Positions 8,899 to 18,022 of a DNA stretch of 49,215 nt are shown here, in pieces. A program made the position numbers and the translations under genes. Numbering within the stretch: position 1 is the first letter of the stretch; each line of letters opens with the position of its first letter. Source of the stretch: an uncultured Anaerolineaceae bacterium (GTDB lineage Bacteria; Chloroflexota; Anaerolineae; Anaerolineales; E44-bin32); assembly GCA_964482355.1 (NCBI GenBank), contig CAYZXF010000202.1:1-49215 (forward strand), in the 5' to 3' direction. The notes beneath the pieces are model-generated. The model was not told the origin of the DNA, ran no database searches, and saw nothing but the letters and a program-made list of their open reading frames with translations.

Positions 8899-9711
8899 TC
8901 AGCCAGGCAGAGCAGTCCGGGCCAGGGCCTCCCACTCGAACACACTCAGCTCCTGCGCTCTGCTACCCGGATCGATTCCTGCCTTCCGCAACTTTTCGCC
9001 TGCACTCAACCCTAACACCGGCCCAAGCGAATTACTCAGTTTTTTTCGGCGTTGATTGAAGCCGGCACGCGCCAGGCGAAACACCGGAGCAATCCATTCG
9101 GCCGGAATCACAGGGGTTGGATGTATGTCTATGCGCAGTATTGAGGATTCCACCTCCGGTTTGGGGTAGAAAGCTGTTGCTTGGATGGTCCCCCGAATTT
9201 CCGGTTGCCCATAGAGTTGAACGCTGAGCGCAAGCAGGCTCATTTGGCCGGGCTCGGCCGCGGCTCTTTCGGCAACTTCGGATTGAACGGTGAGCACAAT
9301 ACGGTCAGGGGGTCTGTCCGCTTCCAGAAAGTGTCGAAGCAGAGCCGAAGTAATGGTGTAGGGGATGTTGGCGACCACTCGGTAGACTGCTGCAGTTTCC
9401 ACATCGAGCGCTAATGCGTCGCCGGCAACGATGTCTACGTTTGCCGCGCTCTTACATACGGCCCTTAATATCGGTAGGAGACGCGAATCCAGCTCGATGG
9501 CGGTGACGTATGCCGCGGCGTCGGATAGTCGTCGAGTAAGGGCTCCCAACCCCGCGCCCACTTCCACCACATGCTCGGTTCTATGGAGCTCGGCAGCCAG
9601 CAAGATGGCATCGAGCGCCTCCCGATCCACGATGAAATTTTGTCCCAAATTCTTGTCAGGGCGTATGCCATATGCGCGGAGAAGTTGGCGCGCGGCTAGA
9701 GGATCCGGCAT
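8899..9711 (-). CDS. rsmA: 16S rRNA (adenine1518/1519-N6)-dimethyltransferase
   Basis: LGQNFIVD, VVEVGAGLGALT, ANIPYTITS. ATG 9711 shares one nt with the upstream gene's TGA. Confidence 0.9.
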   Translation of the reverse strand: MPDPLAARQLLRAYGIRPDKNLGQNFIVDREALDAILLAAELHRTEHVVEVGAGLGALTRRLSDAAAYVTAIELDSRLLPILRAVCKSAANVDIVAGDALALDVETAAVYRVVANIPYTITSALLRHFLEADRPPDRIVLTVQSEVAERAAAEPGQMSLLALSVQLYGQPEIRGTIQATAFYPKPEVESSILRIDIHPTPVIPAEWIAPVFRLARAGFNQRRKKLSNSLGPVLGLSAGEKLRKAGIDPGSRAQELSVFEWEALARTALPG

Positions 9712-11096
9712 CAAGGAAAGACGTAGACGATTGAGCTGGGCACCGGAGTTAGAAAGTAGACGGTGACATTTCCGGACCACGAGACCCAATTGTCATCTTC
9801 ATAGCCCAGATCGATCCACCGTCCCCTTACGCCACTGCCTGTGTCCGCGGCCTCTGCGTAGCCATACCCAGGAACATACATCATGGTCCCAAAAGGAATC
9901 AGGTTCCGATCAATGGCGACCAGGCCTTTGACCAATCGTTTTCCGGAAGCTGTGATGCCAAAATTGCGCGCATCGGGGGAAACTCCTGCCCGCGAAGGGG
10001 AGTATGAAGTAGCGTACATATCGACCGAGCGCCAGTAATCCAATGGTCCGTCCGCAGTAGCTACCGTTTGAATCTGGATCTGGGTGCCGTACCCGATAAT
10101 CTGAGGGGTGGGCTCCTGCGCTACCCATTCGCCCTCGAGTGTTCGACCGACCTCCAGCCCATCTTCCCTCCGCACTCGTATCCTATTAGTTATGACCCCG
10201 TAAGCCCCTGGCTGCACGATCTGCTGATTGTCAATTTTTAGCGAATCGAGCGGCTGATAAATGGTGTCGAAGCTCAATGGCTGTTGTTCCATCTGAACTT
10301 CCTCACGCACTCGAACCAGCTGGATTTGGCCATCCGAGGGAATAGGTTGAGACATGTCAGGAATTGCGTAATCCAAGCCTACCAATCGCAGCCCAGCATC
10401 GTTGAGACCAGCTCCGACCGTTTCGGCGGCCGAGCGTGCGCGAATTTGCTCCCCGCCAACGCGGATGCTCACGGGAATTGAACGGTGTAGCTCGGCCTGA
10501 ATAGGCCCGTCAAGAGGCGTACCCGGGAGCGGGTCTAACCAATCCCCCTCATACAGGTGAATGCCGTTTTCCCACAATGCCTCCCCCAACGTAGAGGCGG
10601 CGGAATGCAGCAGAAGTTCTCTGCCATCGGCGTTAAGCCGAATTGGAGCGGCGCGCCGAAGCCGGATGTGCGTCGGGAAGTCCGATCGCGCGATAGCGGG
10701 AAGACCATTGACCACCAGGCGGTCACCAGGAAAAAGCTGGTTGTCAATCAGGTTTGCGGGACTGGTTTCCGAGCTCTCAACCAATTCAATGGTGGCTTGA
10801 TCCACGACAACAACTGGACGAGCCCGATTGAGCTCGACCACCGGAAGCTGGCCGCCGTCCCAATTCAACGCCGCGTCGTTATCCGGCACGAGCGCGTCGT
10901 TAGCTCCCAAGGCAATTCCGGCTTCCAGCAGCAGATCAACTGGCCGCCGCGCGTGGGTGCGGAGTTCTTGGGGCTCCCCGTCAATCAACAGCAGGGCGGG
11001 TTGAGCTGTAGAGTAGTAAAGGGCGGCCAGGCCTGCCGTAACGAGCACTAGCGATAGTACCGGTGAAAAATTACGACGTGCGGTTTTCAGTTCCAT
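9711..11096 (-). CDS. DUF348 repeats + G5 + 3D domain cell-wall protein (YabE/RpfB-like)
   Basis: N-terminal TM anchor, repeated DUF348-like modules, a G5-like segment (IVQPGAYGVITNRIRVRREDG), and a C-terminal 3D/RlpA-like domain (ATSYSP...ITASGKRL...VAIDRNLIPFGTMMYVPGYGYAEAADTG). The start is trimmed to ATG 11096 because the called 5' end overlaps tRNA-Ser. Confidence 0.8.
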   Translation of the reverse strand: MELKTARRNFSPVLSLVLVTAGLAALYYSTAQPALLLIDGEPQELRTHARRPVDLLLEAGIALGANDALVPDNDAALNWDGGQLPVVELNRARPVVVVDQATIELVESSETSPANLIDNQLFPGDRLVVNGLPAIARSDFPTHIRLRRAAPIRLNADGRELLLHSAASTLGEALWENGIHLYEGDWLDPLPGTPLDGPIQAELHRSIPVSIRVGGEQIRARSAAETVGAGLNDAGLRLVGLDYAIPDMSQPIPSDGQIQLVRVREEVQMEQQPLSFDTIYQPLDSLKIDNQQIVQPGAYGVITNRIRVRREDGLEVGRTLEGEWVAQEPTPQIIGYGTQIQIQTVATADGPLDYWRSVDMYATSYSPSRAGVSPDARNFGITASGKRLVKGLVAIDRNLIPFGTMMYVPGYGYAEAADTGSGVRGRWIDLGYEDDNWVSWSGNVTVYFLTPVPSSIVYVFP

Positions 11097-11159
11097 GATT
11101 GGGAATATTTCAGGTTTTCCCCTCTGTTTGCGACTGTTGCAGGGGGAATTCACAGTAGG

Positions 11160-11246
11160 CGGAGAGGGTGGGATTCGAACCCACGGAACCTTGCGGCTCA
11201 CGCGCTTTCCAAGCGCGCGCGTTCGGCCAGACTACGCTACCTCTCC
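11160..11246 (-). tRNA. tRNA-Ser (anticodon GGA), long variable arm
   Basis: The minus strand reads GGAGAGG-TA-GCG..-CGCGC-TTGGAAA-GCGCG-TGAGCCGCAAGGTTCC-GTGGG-TTCGAAT-CCCAC-CCTCTCC-G. Confidence 0.9.
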
Positions 11247-11265
11247 ATTTTTGGGAAAGCGCCGC

Positions 11266-11293
11266 ATTATAACATGCGTGCCTTTTTCCCCAA
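11266..11293 (-). promoter_or_regulatory. Candidate promoter for tRNA-Ser
   Basis: Minus strand TTGGGG-16 nt-(TGt)TATAAT, an extended -10 consensus, about 19 nt before the tRNA 5' end. Confidence 0.45.
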
Positions 11294-11294
11294 A

Positions 11295-12224
11295 TTAAGG
11301 CAAATATGGCGCCTCAGAGATGATCTCCAGGTCTTCGATCGGCGGGCCCAGGCTAAAGACGGCCACATCAAATTCAAACGATGAGCCCTCCTCTGGAGCC
11401 TCCCAGGTACGCACTCCCACCGGCACACCGTCTGCTCCTAGTGCAAGAAAAACCAACCTTAAACCCACCCGCCTGTCGTCTGAAATCTCTACGCTGCCGG
11501 TCGCCCTTACACTTTGCCCGTCCAGCGAAATCGATGTGCTGTCTACCTGAAGGTCTGGAGCTGCGTATCGCCGGTCCTGATCGCTGGCGTTCAAGGCGCT
11601 GATTACGACAGAAGAGGCGCTGGCGAACTGGAGAGGTTGTGGTCCGAAGCTCGCAATCAGGGGCAATTTGTGACCGGGAATCACAAGGTTAGTCGAACCG
11701 TACGCGGCTTCGGTGGCAAATGGCTGGCCATCAGCGTCCACAAGCGTCACCAGCGCGACCACCCCTTCCACCGCCGTGTCACCGGAAACCGATGCGGTGA
11801 GCAGGCAGGTCAGCCCTTCTGTCTTCGATCCATAACATGCCACAGGAGACAGAACGATCGGAACCGGAGTGGCGGTCGGTATCGGCCCTTGCGCGCCGGA
11901 GCGCGGAATATTCAAGCTCTCTCCAACGATCAGCAGCCGAGGATTTACCTCTGGATTTGCGAGGAGAATATCCTCTAGCTCAACTCCGTATCGAATAGCA
12001 ATCGACAGCAGGGTATTTCCTTCGACAATCACATGGGTAAGTGGAGTTGGGCTTGGGCCAATAGTCTCAACCAGGCGCACCGCATCTTGCGGTTCGACAG
12101 TGGATGTGGCGGTCGAGCCGGAGCGCGGAAAGAGCGTTTGCGTGGCAAGTGAGGGTTGAGTGCTCCGTGCCTCCGCACAGCCGATGAGTACCATGGCAAG
12201 CGAAATCAACAACAATTTATCCAT
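11295..12224 (-). CDS. LysM domain lipoprotein
   Basis: Lipoprotein-type signal peptide (MDKLLLISLAMVLIGC) and a LysM motif (HVIVEGNTLLSIAIRYGVELEDILLANP). Confidence 0.7.
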   Translation of the reverse strand: MDKLLLISLAMVLIGCAEARSTQPSLATQTLFPRSGSTATSTVEPQDAVRLVETIGPSPTPLTHVIVEGNTLLSIAIRYGVELEDILLANPEVNPRLLIVGESLNIPRSGAQGPIPTATPVPIVLSPVACYGSKTEGLTCLLTASVSGDTAVEGVVALVTLVDADGQPFATEAAYGSTNLVIPGHKLPLIASFGPQPLQFASASSVVISALNASDQDRRYAAPDLQVDSTSISLDGQSVRATGSVEISDDRRVGLRLVFLALGADGVPVGVRTWEAPEEGSSFEFDVAVFSLGPPIEDLEIISEAPYLP

Positions 12225-12273
12225 CAGCGGCCGCGGATTATAGCAAATCATAACGGGTAGTCCGAGCGGTCCG

Positions 12274-12302
12274 TTGTGCGGCCCATACCGCTATGCTAGA
12301 CT
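12274..12302 (+). promoter_or_regulatory. Candidate promoter TTGTGC-17-TAGACT with a TGC extended -10
   Basis: The 11-mer TATGCTAGACT is shared with a second site at 38570-38580. The -10 ends 10 nt before ATG 12313. Confidence 0.4.
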
Positions 12303-12312
12303 TTCTCGCTGC

Positions 12313-14343
12313 ATGAGCGCTTCCACTGAAAGCATGTTCATGGAGGCTCTCGCCGCTGCCCGTGCAGGTAACCGGGTGCGGGCGAGAAGCCTGCTGACCA
12401 AGCTGCTCAAGACCGATTCGAGCATGGTCGACTACTGGGTTTGGATGAGTTCAGTGGTCGAGTCCCAGCGCGAAAAGATTTATTGCCTCGAATCTGCCCT
12501 CAAGCTGGACCCAACCAACCGCGCGGTTCTTCAAGGTCTGACCTTGATGGGTGCGCGAGTCCCCACAGAGGCGGAGCTTGCCGGGGCGGCAAGAATCCCC
12601 CGTCGTCAGATAGCAGCTGTTGCCACTGGCGCTTCCATTGGAGGTGGTGTTCGTCTGCCGCGGCTCCCATGGAGAGTTATGGCCTACGCCGTTGGGGCGG
12701 TTGTTGTCATATTTGCGGTGGGATTTATCGCGAGAGCCGTGATCCCGTTTTTTGGGCAGAGACAAATGTCGGTTGCCCCGACGCTGCCGGCGCAAATCGC
12801 ATTAGCCTCATCGACGCCCGAGACTCCCACCGCGACCGCCACCACAATTCCCGCTACCTTGCGCGTCCAGCGCACCGCAATCCCAACCGAATTGGCTCAG
12901 ACGCCGCTCGCCTTCTTTGTGGCACATACGCCAACTCCCACCACCGTCGTGGGAATTACGCCACATGCGGCCTACGAGGCATACTCTTCCGGGCTCCGAG
13001 CATTGGAGCGTGGCAATTATGACCAGGCTGAGGATTTCTTCGATCAGGTGCTGGATTTGGACAATACCCTGCCTGATGCGCACTACTTCAAGGGTGAAGC
13101 GCGACGACTTTACGCGATGTCGGATGATGGTGCAGACGACCGCAGCTCGCTCCTTGGCAGAGCTATCCAGTCCTACGACAACGCGATTCTAAAGGATTCG
13201 GAATATGCCCCGGCCTATTTGGGTCGCGGCCGAGCGCTCCTTGAACGAGCCGTCATTCGAGAAGGCCGGGATGCACTCAATGGCCAGGACCTACCAACAG
13301 ACTATGCCAGGGCAATTGAGCTTGACCCGACCCTCGTGCAAGCCTATGTCTCTCAGGCCGAATTTATGCGTTCTGTAGGCCTGTGGAAGAGCACAGAAGA
13401 AACACTCCAAGCTGCGCTTGACGAGGGATTACGAGATCCTATCGTATATATCTTGATCGCCGAAGCTCAGCTCCATCGCGGAAAGAATGAGGCCGCGCTG
13501 GAGAACGCCATTGAAGGCAGCGGAAGCGACCCCACCGATATTGATGGGTATTTCATTTTAGGACGCACCTTCGTCCGCCTCGAGCAATATGAGCAAGCCC
13601 TTCAACCCATGCTTACGTACGTACGATATCAAAGCGATGATCATCGTGGCTGGAGCGATTTGGGCCGTACTCAATTTGAGCTGGGTGATCTGCCGCCGGC
13701 CGCATTTTCGCTGAATCAGGCGCTCACTCTCAAAGGGGACTACTCCCCGGCATATATCGGTCGCGGCTGGCTAAATCTGGAATTAGGGGAATATCAAGCT
13801 GGACTCACGGACTTCCAAAAGGCGCTTCAATTCGGGCAAGAGACCTTCGAGATGTACTTGGGCCTCGGGCATTCGTATTACCTGTTAGGCAATCTACAGG
13901 AAGGCCTGAATCAAGCCAGTACCGCCATGACGCTTGCTGCTTTAGCCAATGATTGCGAAATTCTGGATCGAGACATTTCCCGCGGATACCATCTGCGCGC
14001 GATTATAGCGGAGGCCTCGGATGAGTTGACGGATTATGCGATTCAGAATTGGGAATGGATTTTGGCGCTTGAGTGCCCAGATCCGTTCATCCGTGAGCTT
14101 GCTGAGGAACACCTGCTTATCCTGACCGGCGAAATTCCGATTCCTTCGCCAACAGCCAGCCGCACGCCGACTCCACTCGGCCCAACTCCGACGCCTTCGA
14201 GGACTCCAACGCCTGCGCCGAGCCTGACGCCAACCAACACCCCCACCCCAGCGCCCACCTCCTCTGCTTCTGCGACTCCGATGCCGCCGACAGCAACCGC
14301 TGCTTGGCCCAGCCCCACTCCCACATCCCCATTCGATCATTAA
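12313..14343 (+). CDS. TPR-repeat protein with one TM segment and a C-terminal Pro/Thr-rich tail
   Basis: Several TPR-like units (YFKGEA..., APAYLGRGRAL, YILIAEAQL, APAYIGRGWLNL, YLGLGHSYY). A TM helix lies near residue 130 and the tail reads PSPTASRTPTPLGPTPTPSRTPTP. Confidence 0.7.
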   Translation: MSASTESMFMEALAAARAGNRVRARSLLTKLLKTDSSMVDYWVWMSSVVESQREKIYCLESALKLDPTNRAVLQGLTLMGARVPTEAELAGAARIPRRQIAAVATGASIGGGVRLPRLPWRVMAYAVGAVVVIFAVGFIARAVIPFFGQRQMSVAPTLPAQIALASSTPETPTATATTIPATLRVQRTAIPTELAQTPLAFFVAHTPTPTTVVGITPHAAYEAYSSGLRALERGNYDQAEDFFDQVLDLDNTLPDAHYFKGEARRLYAMSDDGADDRSSLLGRAIQSYDNAILKDSEYAPAYLGRGRALLERAVIREGRDALNGQDLPTDYARAIELDPTLVQAYVSQAEFMRSVGLWKSTEETLQAALDEGLRDPIVYILIAEAQLHRGKNEAALENAIEGSGSDPTDIDGYFILGRTFVRLEQYEQALQPMLTYVRYQSDDHRGWSDLGRTQFELGDLPPAAFSLNQALTLKGDYSPAYIGRGWLNLELGEYQAGLTDFQKALQFGQETFEMYLGLGHSYYLLGNLQEGLNQASTAMTLAALANDCEILDRDISRGYHLRAIIAEASDELTDYAIQNWEWILALECPDPFIRELAEEHLLILTGEIPIPSPTASRTPTPLGPTPTPSRTPTPAPSLTPTNTPTPAPTSSASATPMPPTATAAWPSPTPTSPFDH

Positions 14344-14435
14344 TAGGCCCCACAGGCCTGTGCAGGGCGGCTCTCAATAATTGCGGCAGGAATTCCTGCA
14401 TATCGAGCTAATTACATCAGGGTTGCCCGCGTATG

Positions 14436-14464
14436 TAGACAATCCCCCATCACTGCGCTAAAAT
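14436..14464 (+). promoter_or_regulatory. Candidate sigma70-type promoter for rpsT
   Basis: TAGACA-17 nt-TAAAAT. Confidence 0.5.
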
Positions 14465-14514
14465 AGCACGCTGGATCGCGGCACTATTGTGTGCCTCAAA
14501 GACTGGAAGAACCA

Positions 14515-14784
14515 TTGGCAAATACACTATCGGCCAAAAAACGAATTCGACAGAACGAAAAACGCCGTGTGCGCAATAAGGCCGATCGGACTCGCGCCCG
14601 CAATACTGTGCGTAGTGCGCGTGCCGCACTCGAATCTGGAGATTCAGAAGCGGCCTCAGCGGCCGTTCTTCTGGCTGCAAGCGAGCTCGACCGAGCCGCG
14701 GCAAAGGGTGTTATTCATGCTAAGAACGCCTCCAGACGGAAGGGCCGGTTGATGAAGCAGCTCGCAGCCCTCGTCAAGGGATAA
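14515..14784 (+). CDS. rpsT: 30S ribosomal protein S20
   Basis: (M)ANTLSAKKRIRQNEKRRVRNK is the canonical S20 N-terminus when started at TTG 14515. The E. coli rpsT gene also uses UUG. The ORF-track start at GTG 14491 would add 8 atypical residues. Confidence 0.9.
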   Translation: MANTLSAKKRIRQNEKRRVRNKADRTRARNTVRSARAALESGDSEAASAAVLLAASELDRAAAKGVIHAKNASRRKGRLMKQLAALVKG

Positions 14785-14807
14785 GACAATAGCTCGACAC
14801 ATGCAGC

Positions 14808-14838
14808 GACCTCGACGTTTGTTGTCGAGGTCTTTTCG
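14808..14838 (+). terminator. Rho-independent terminator after rpsT
   Basis: Perfect 9-bp stem GACCTCGAC-gtttgtt-GTCGAGGTC followed by TTTTCGT. Confidence 0.75.
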
Positions 14839-14872
14839 TATCTCAATTCGATTGATTCCCTCGGTTTAGCCC

Positions 14873-16657
14873 TTGTTCGACGCAGAGATTCTCGAACTCA
14901 CCACCAGCCTACGGCAAGCTCTCGACCGAGCCGGCATTCCATATCCGGAGAAAATCCAATGGAATCCCACCCCCTTCCGGGGCCGCTGGGGAATCGGTAC
15001 GGCGGTTGCTTTCCAGGCCGCGTCGCTCGAGGGAACGGCCGATGATGTTCCTAAACGTGCTCAAGAGATTGCCGCGCTTGCCGCAAAGGACATCGCTTCG
15101 CCAGACGCATTTGAGCTTGTGCAGGCTGAGAAGGCATATATCAACGCCTACTTCGACACTGCGACCTATGCTGAGCGCGTAGTCGATTCAGTTTTGGAGT
15201 TGAAGGATGATTTTGGCAGAGGCTCCCAAAAGGGGGAGCGTCTCATGGTTGAGTATGCGCAGCCAAACACTCATCACTCCTTCCACATTGGTCACGCCAG
15301 AAATACGGTACTTGGCGAATCGCTTGCGCGACTGGTCGAGTTCGCCGGTTTTGAAACCATCCGAGCCTCCTACCCGGGCGATATCGGTTTGGGTGTGATC
15401 ACATGTATGTGGGCTTATCAGAAGTTCTACGCCGGCCAAGAACCTGATGGTGTCCATGAGCGTGGCCAATGGCTGGCCAGGATCTATCACGAAGCCAGCA
15501 CGCTTGTTACGCCCAAGGACGATGAAACACCTGAAGAGCGCGAACTGCGCGAGCAATACGACAAAGAGCGCCGGGAGATGTTCCTGCGCTGGGATAGCCA
15601 CGATCCAGAAGTGCGCGAGCTCTGGAGGAAAACCAGAGAATGGAGCCTGAACGAGCTACACGAAATTCTGCACATGCTAGGCGCGGATATCGACGTTTAT
15701 TTTTATGAAAGCGAGATGGATGAACCTGCCAAAGAAATCGTAGAGGAGCTTATTTCTCTTGGAATTGCCGAAGACGAACGACCCGACGGTACGGTATTTG
15801 TAAAGATTGATGAAAAGCTGGGCCTAGAAAAAGAGAAGTATCGTACATCGGTTCTCCTGCGAGCGGACGGCACGACACTCTATTCGGCAAAAGACCTTGC
15901 CCTGGCCAAACGCAAGTTTGATTCCTACGATGTAGATCGATCGGTTTATGTGGTTGATGTCCGACAGAGCCTGCATTTCGATCAGGCATTCAAGATTCTC
16001 GAGCTATGGGGGTTTGAGCAAGCCAAGAAGAGCCACCATCTTTCCTATGGCTTTGTCACGCTGCCGGGGGGGATGATGTCTTCCCGGCTGGGAAACGTTG
16101 TTCTCTATATGGATGTCGCTACAGAGGCGCAGCGGCGGGTACTTGACATCATCGCCGAGAAAAATCCGGCGCTCACCGAAGACGAGCGTGCTGTGGTCGC
16201 CCGCCAGGTTGGATTGGGTGCGCTGAACTACGCGCTGCTCTCAGTTGATAACACAAAAGAAATCGTCTTCGATTGGGACAAAGCCCTGAGTTTCGAGGGA
16301 CAGGCTGCCCCATATATTCAGAATGCGCACGTCAGAGCCAGCAGCATCCTGCGGAAATCTGACGGCGTAGCCGATAGTGCGAGCTTCGACTACGAGCTGC
16401 TCGAGATGGAATCGGAGCTGATCGAACGCATTTCACAGTTCCCAGAAGTGGTCCAGAGGGCTGCGCTAGAGTACAAACCGCTCCATATGTCGAACTATGC
16501 CTATGAGCTAGCCAGAACTTTCCACACCTTCTACCACTCGGTGCCTGTCTTGCGATCGGATCATCGAGAGGCGCGAGTCCGCTTGACCGCGGCCGCGAAA
16601 CAGACGCTGGCCAACAGCCTGCGATTGCTTGATGTCGAGGCCCCAGACCGAATGTAG
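14873..16657 (+). CDS. argS: Arginine--tRNA ligase
   Basis: Class I HIGH motif (SFHIGHARN), MSSR in place of KMSKS, and a C-terminal DALR-type anticodon-binding region (YAYELARTFHTFYH). TTG start. Confidence 0.9.
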   Translation: MFDAEILELTTSLRQALDRAGIPYPEKIQWNPTPFRGRWGIGTAVAFQAASLEGTADDVPKRAQEIAALAAKDIASPDAFELVQAEKAYINAYFDTATYAERVVDSVLELKDDFGRGSQKGERLMVEYAQPNTHHSFHIGHARNTVLGESLARLVEFAGFETIRASYPGDIGLGVITCMWAYQKFYAGQEPDGVHERGQWLARIYHEASTLVTPKDDETPEERELREQYDKERREMFLRWDSHDPEVRELWRKTREWSLNELHEILHMLGADIDVYFYESEMDEPAKEIVEELISLGIAEDERPDGTVFVKIDEKLGLEKEKYRTSVLLRADGTTLYSAKDLALAKRKFDSYDVDRSVYVVDVRQSLHFDQAFKILELWGFEQAKKSHHLSYGFVTLPGGMMSSRLGNVVLYMDVATEAQRRVLDIIAEKNPALTEDERAVVARQVGLGALNYALLSVDNTKEIVFDWDKALSFEGQAAPYIQNAHVRASSILRKSDGVADSASFDYELLEMESELIERISQFPEVVQRAALEYKPLHMSNYAYELARTFHTFYHSVPVLRSDHREARVRLTAAAKQTLANSLRLLDVEAPDRM

Positions 16658-16687
16658 TGGGGCAGAAAGGAAGAGTTTCAAAATCTG

Positions 16688-18022
16688 ATGAAGCCTGATC
16701 GCGTACTAATCATGGGAGCCGCGGGCCGCGATTTTCACAACTTCAATGTTTATTTTCGAGAGAACTCAGCTTACGAAGTTATAGCGTTCACCGCCACCCA
16801 GATACCAAACATCGATGGTCGAACGTACCCAGCAGAGCTAGCCGGCAAGTTGTACCCTAGCGGCATTCCAATTTATCCTGAGGACCAGCTCGAATCGCTC
16901 ATCGAGTCGGAACGGATCGCGCAGGTGATATTTGCCTACAGCGATATCCGGCACACGTACGTAATGCATGTTGCCTCTCGGGTACTTGTTGCGGGGGCAG
17001 ACTTTCGACTGATGGGATTGGGGTCGACCTTGCTCGAGTCCACCAAGCCGGTGGTTTCGGTCTGCGCGGCGCGCACGGGAAGCGGCAAGAGTCAAACTAG
17101 CCGAAAAGTAGCTTCCATTTTGCGGGAGCTTGGACATAAGTTGGCGGTGGTTCGCCATCCTATGCCCTATGGCGATCTCGCCGCACAGGCGGTTCAGCGA
17201 TTCAGCAGCTATGAAGACCTCGACCGATACGACGCCAGCATCGAGGAGCGAGAGGAGTATGAGCCGCACTTGGCCCAAGGCTCGGTTGTGTACGCGGGCG
17301 TTGACTATGAAGCAATCCTCAGGGAAGCGGAGAAAGAGGTCGATATCGTCTTATGGGACGGGGGCAACAACGATCTTCCCTTCTTCAAGAGTGATTTGGC
17401 GATTGTGGTAGTAGATCCTCACCGACCAGGCCACGAGCTGAATTACCATCCGGGAGAAGCCAATGTTCGTGCCGCGGACCTGATCGTGATTAATAAGATC
17501 GATACTGCGGCGGAAGAAGATATCGAGATCGTACGCGAAAACGTTGCAACCTTGAATCCGGAGGCACAAGTCATCGAGGCTGCTTCTCCCATTCAGGTCG
17601 ATGACCCAGATGCCATTCGCGGCAAACGCGTGATTGTGGTCGAAGACGGACCGACACTGACCCACGGTGAAATGGCCTTCGGCGCTGGCTGGATCGCGGC
17701 TCGTCGCTACGGTGCGGAGGAGATTGTGGATCCACGTCCGTTTGCCCAGGGCACTATCAAGCAGACCTATGCGAAGTACCCCACAACCGGAGCAGTCCTT
17801 CCTGCGATGGGCTATGGCAGTGAACAGATGGACGAACTGGAGCAGACCATCAACTCATCGGACGCAGATATCGTCGTCATCGGTACACCTATCGACCTCG
17901 GGCAGCTGCTGGATCTCAACAAGCCGTACCAGAACGTTCGCTATGATCTGGAAGAGATCGGCGAACCCCGTCTGCCAGAGATCCTGGAAGCACGTTTTGG
18001 CCGAGGATCTGGAGACGAGTGA
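16688..18022 (+). CDS. COG2403-type predicted P-loop GTPase (cyclic 2,3-diphosphoglycerate synthetase-like family)
   Basis: N-terminus RVLIMGAAGRDFHNFNV, Walker A ARTGSGKSQT, WDGGNND (DxxG-like), and VINKID (NKxD). The family assignment is from memory of this conserved architecture. Confidence 0.6.
   Translation: MKPDRVLIMGAAGRDFHNFNVYFRENSAYEVIAFTATQIPNIDGRTYPAELAGKLYPSGIPIYPEDQLESLIESERIAQVIFAYSDIRHTYVMHVASRVLVAGADFRLMGLGSTLLESTKPVVSVCAARTGSGKSQTSRKVASILRELGHKLAVVRHPMPYGDLAAQAVQRFSSYEDLDRYDASIEEREEYEPHLAQGSVVYAGVDYEAILREAEKEVDIVLWDGGNNDLPFFKSDLAIVVVDPHRPGHELNYHPGEANVRAADLIVINKIDTAAEEDIEIVRENVATLNPEAQVIEAASPIQVDDPDAIRGKRVIVVEDGPTLTHGEMAFGAGWIAARRYGAEEIVDPRPFAQGTIKQTYAKYPTTGAVLPAMGYGSEQMDELEQTINSSDADIVVIGTPIDLGQLLDLNKPYQNVRYDLEEIGEPRLPEILEARFGRGSGDE

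Noticed and set aside
11097-11201. N-terminal extension of the G5/3D gene (MSRKVPWVRIPPSPP...)
   Set aside because: It overlaps tRNA-Ser(GGA), and the peptide is simply the translated T-arm and acceptor of the tRNA. ATG 11096 is followed by a proper TM anchor.
11100-11300. tRNA-Ser and tRNA-Sec as integration sites of a genomic island or prophage
   Set aside because: There is no integrase, no duplicated tRNA 3' segment or attachment-site repeat, and no phage or mobile genes in the flanks. The neighbours are conserved housekeeping or envelope genes.
14150-14330. Repetitive DNA, also seen at 23690-23830, that could be mistaken for a tandem-repeat or CRISPR-like array
   Set aside because: The repeats are imperfect, in frame, and encode Pro/Thr-rich linkers inside clear ORFs. 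There is no constant repeat and variable spacer structure.
14785-14872. A T-box or other riboswitch upstream of argS
   Set aside because: The gap is only 88 nt and most of it is the rpsT terminator. There is no room for specifier or antiterminator elements.
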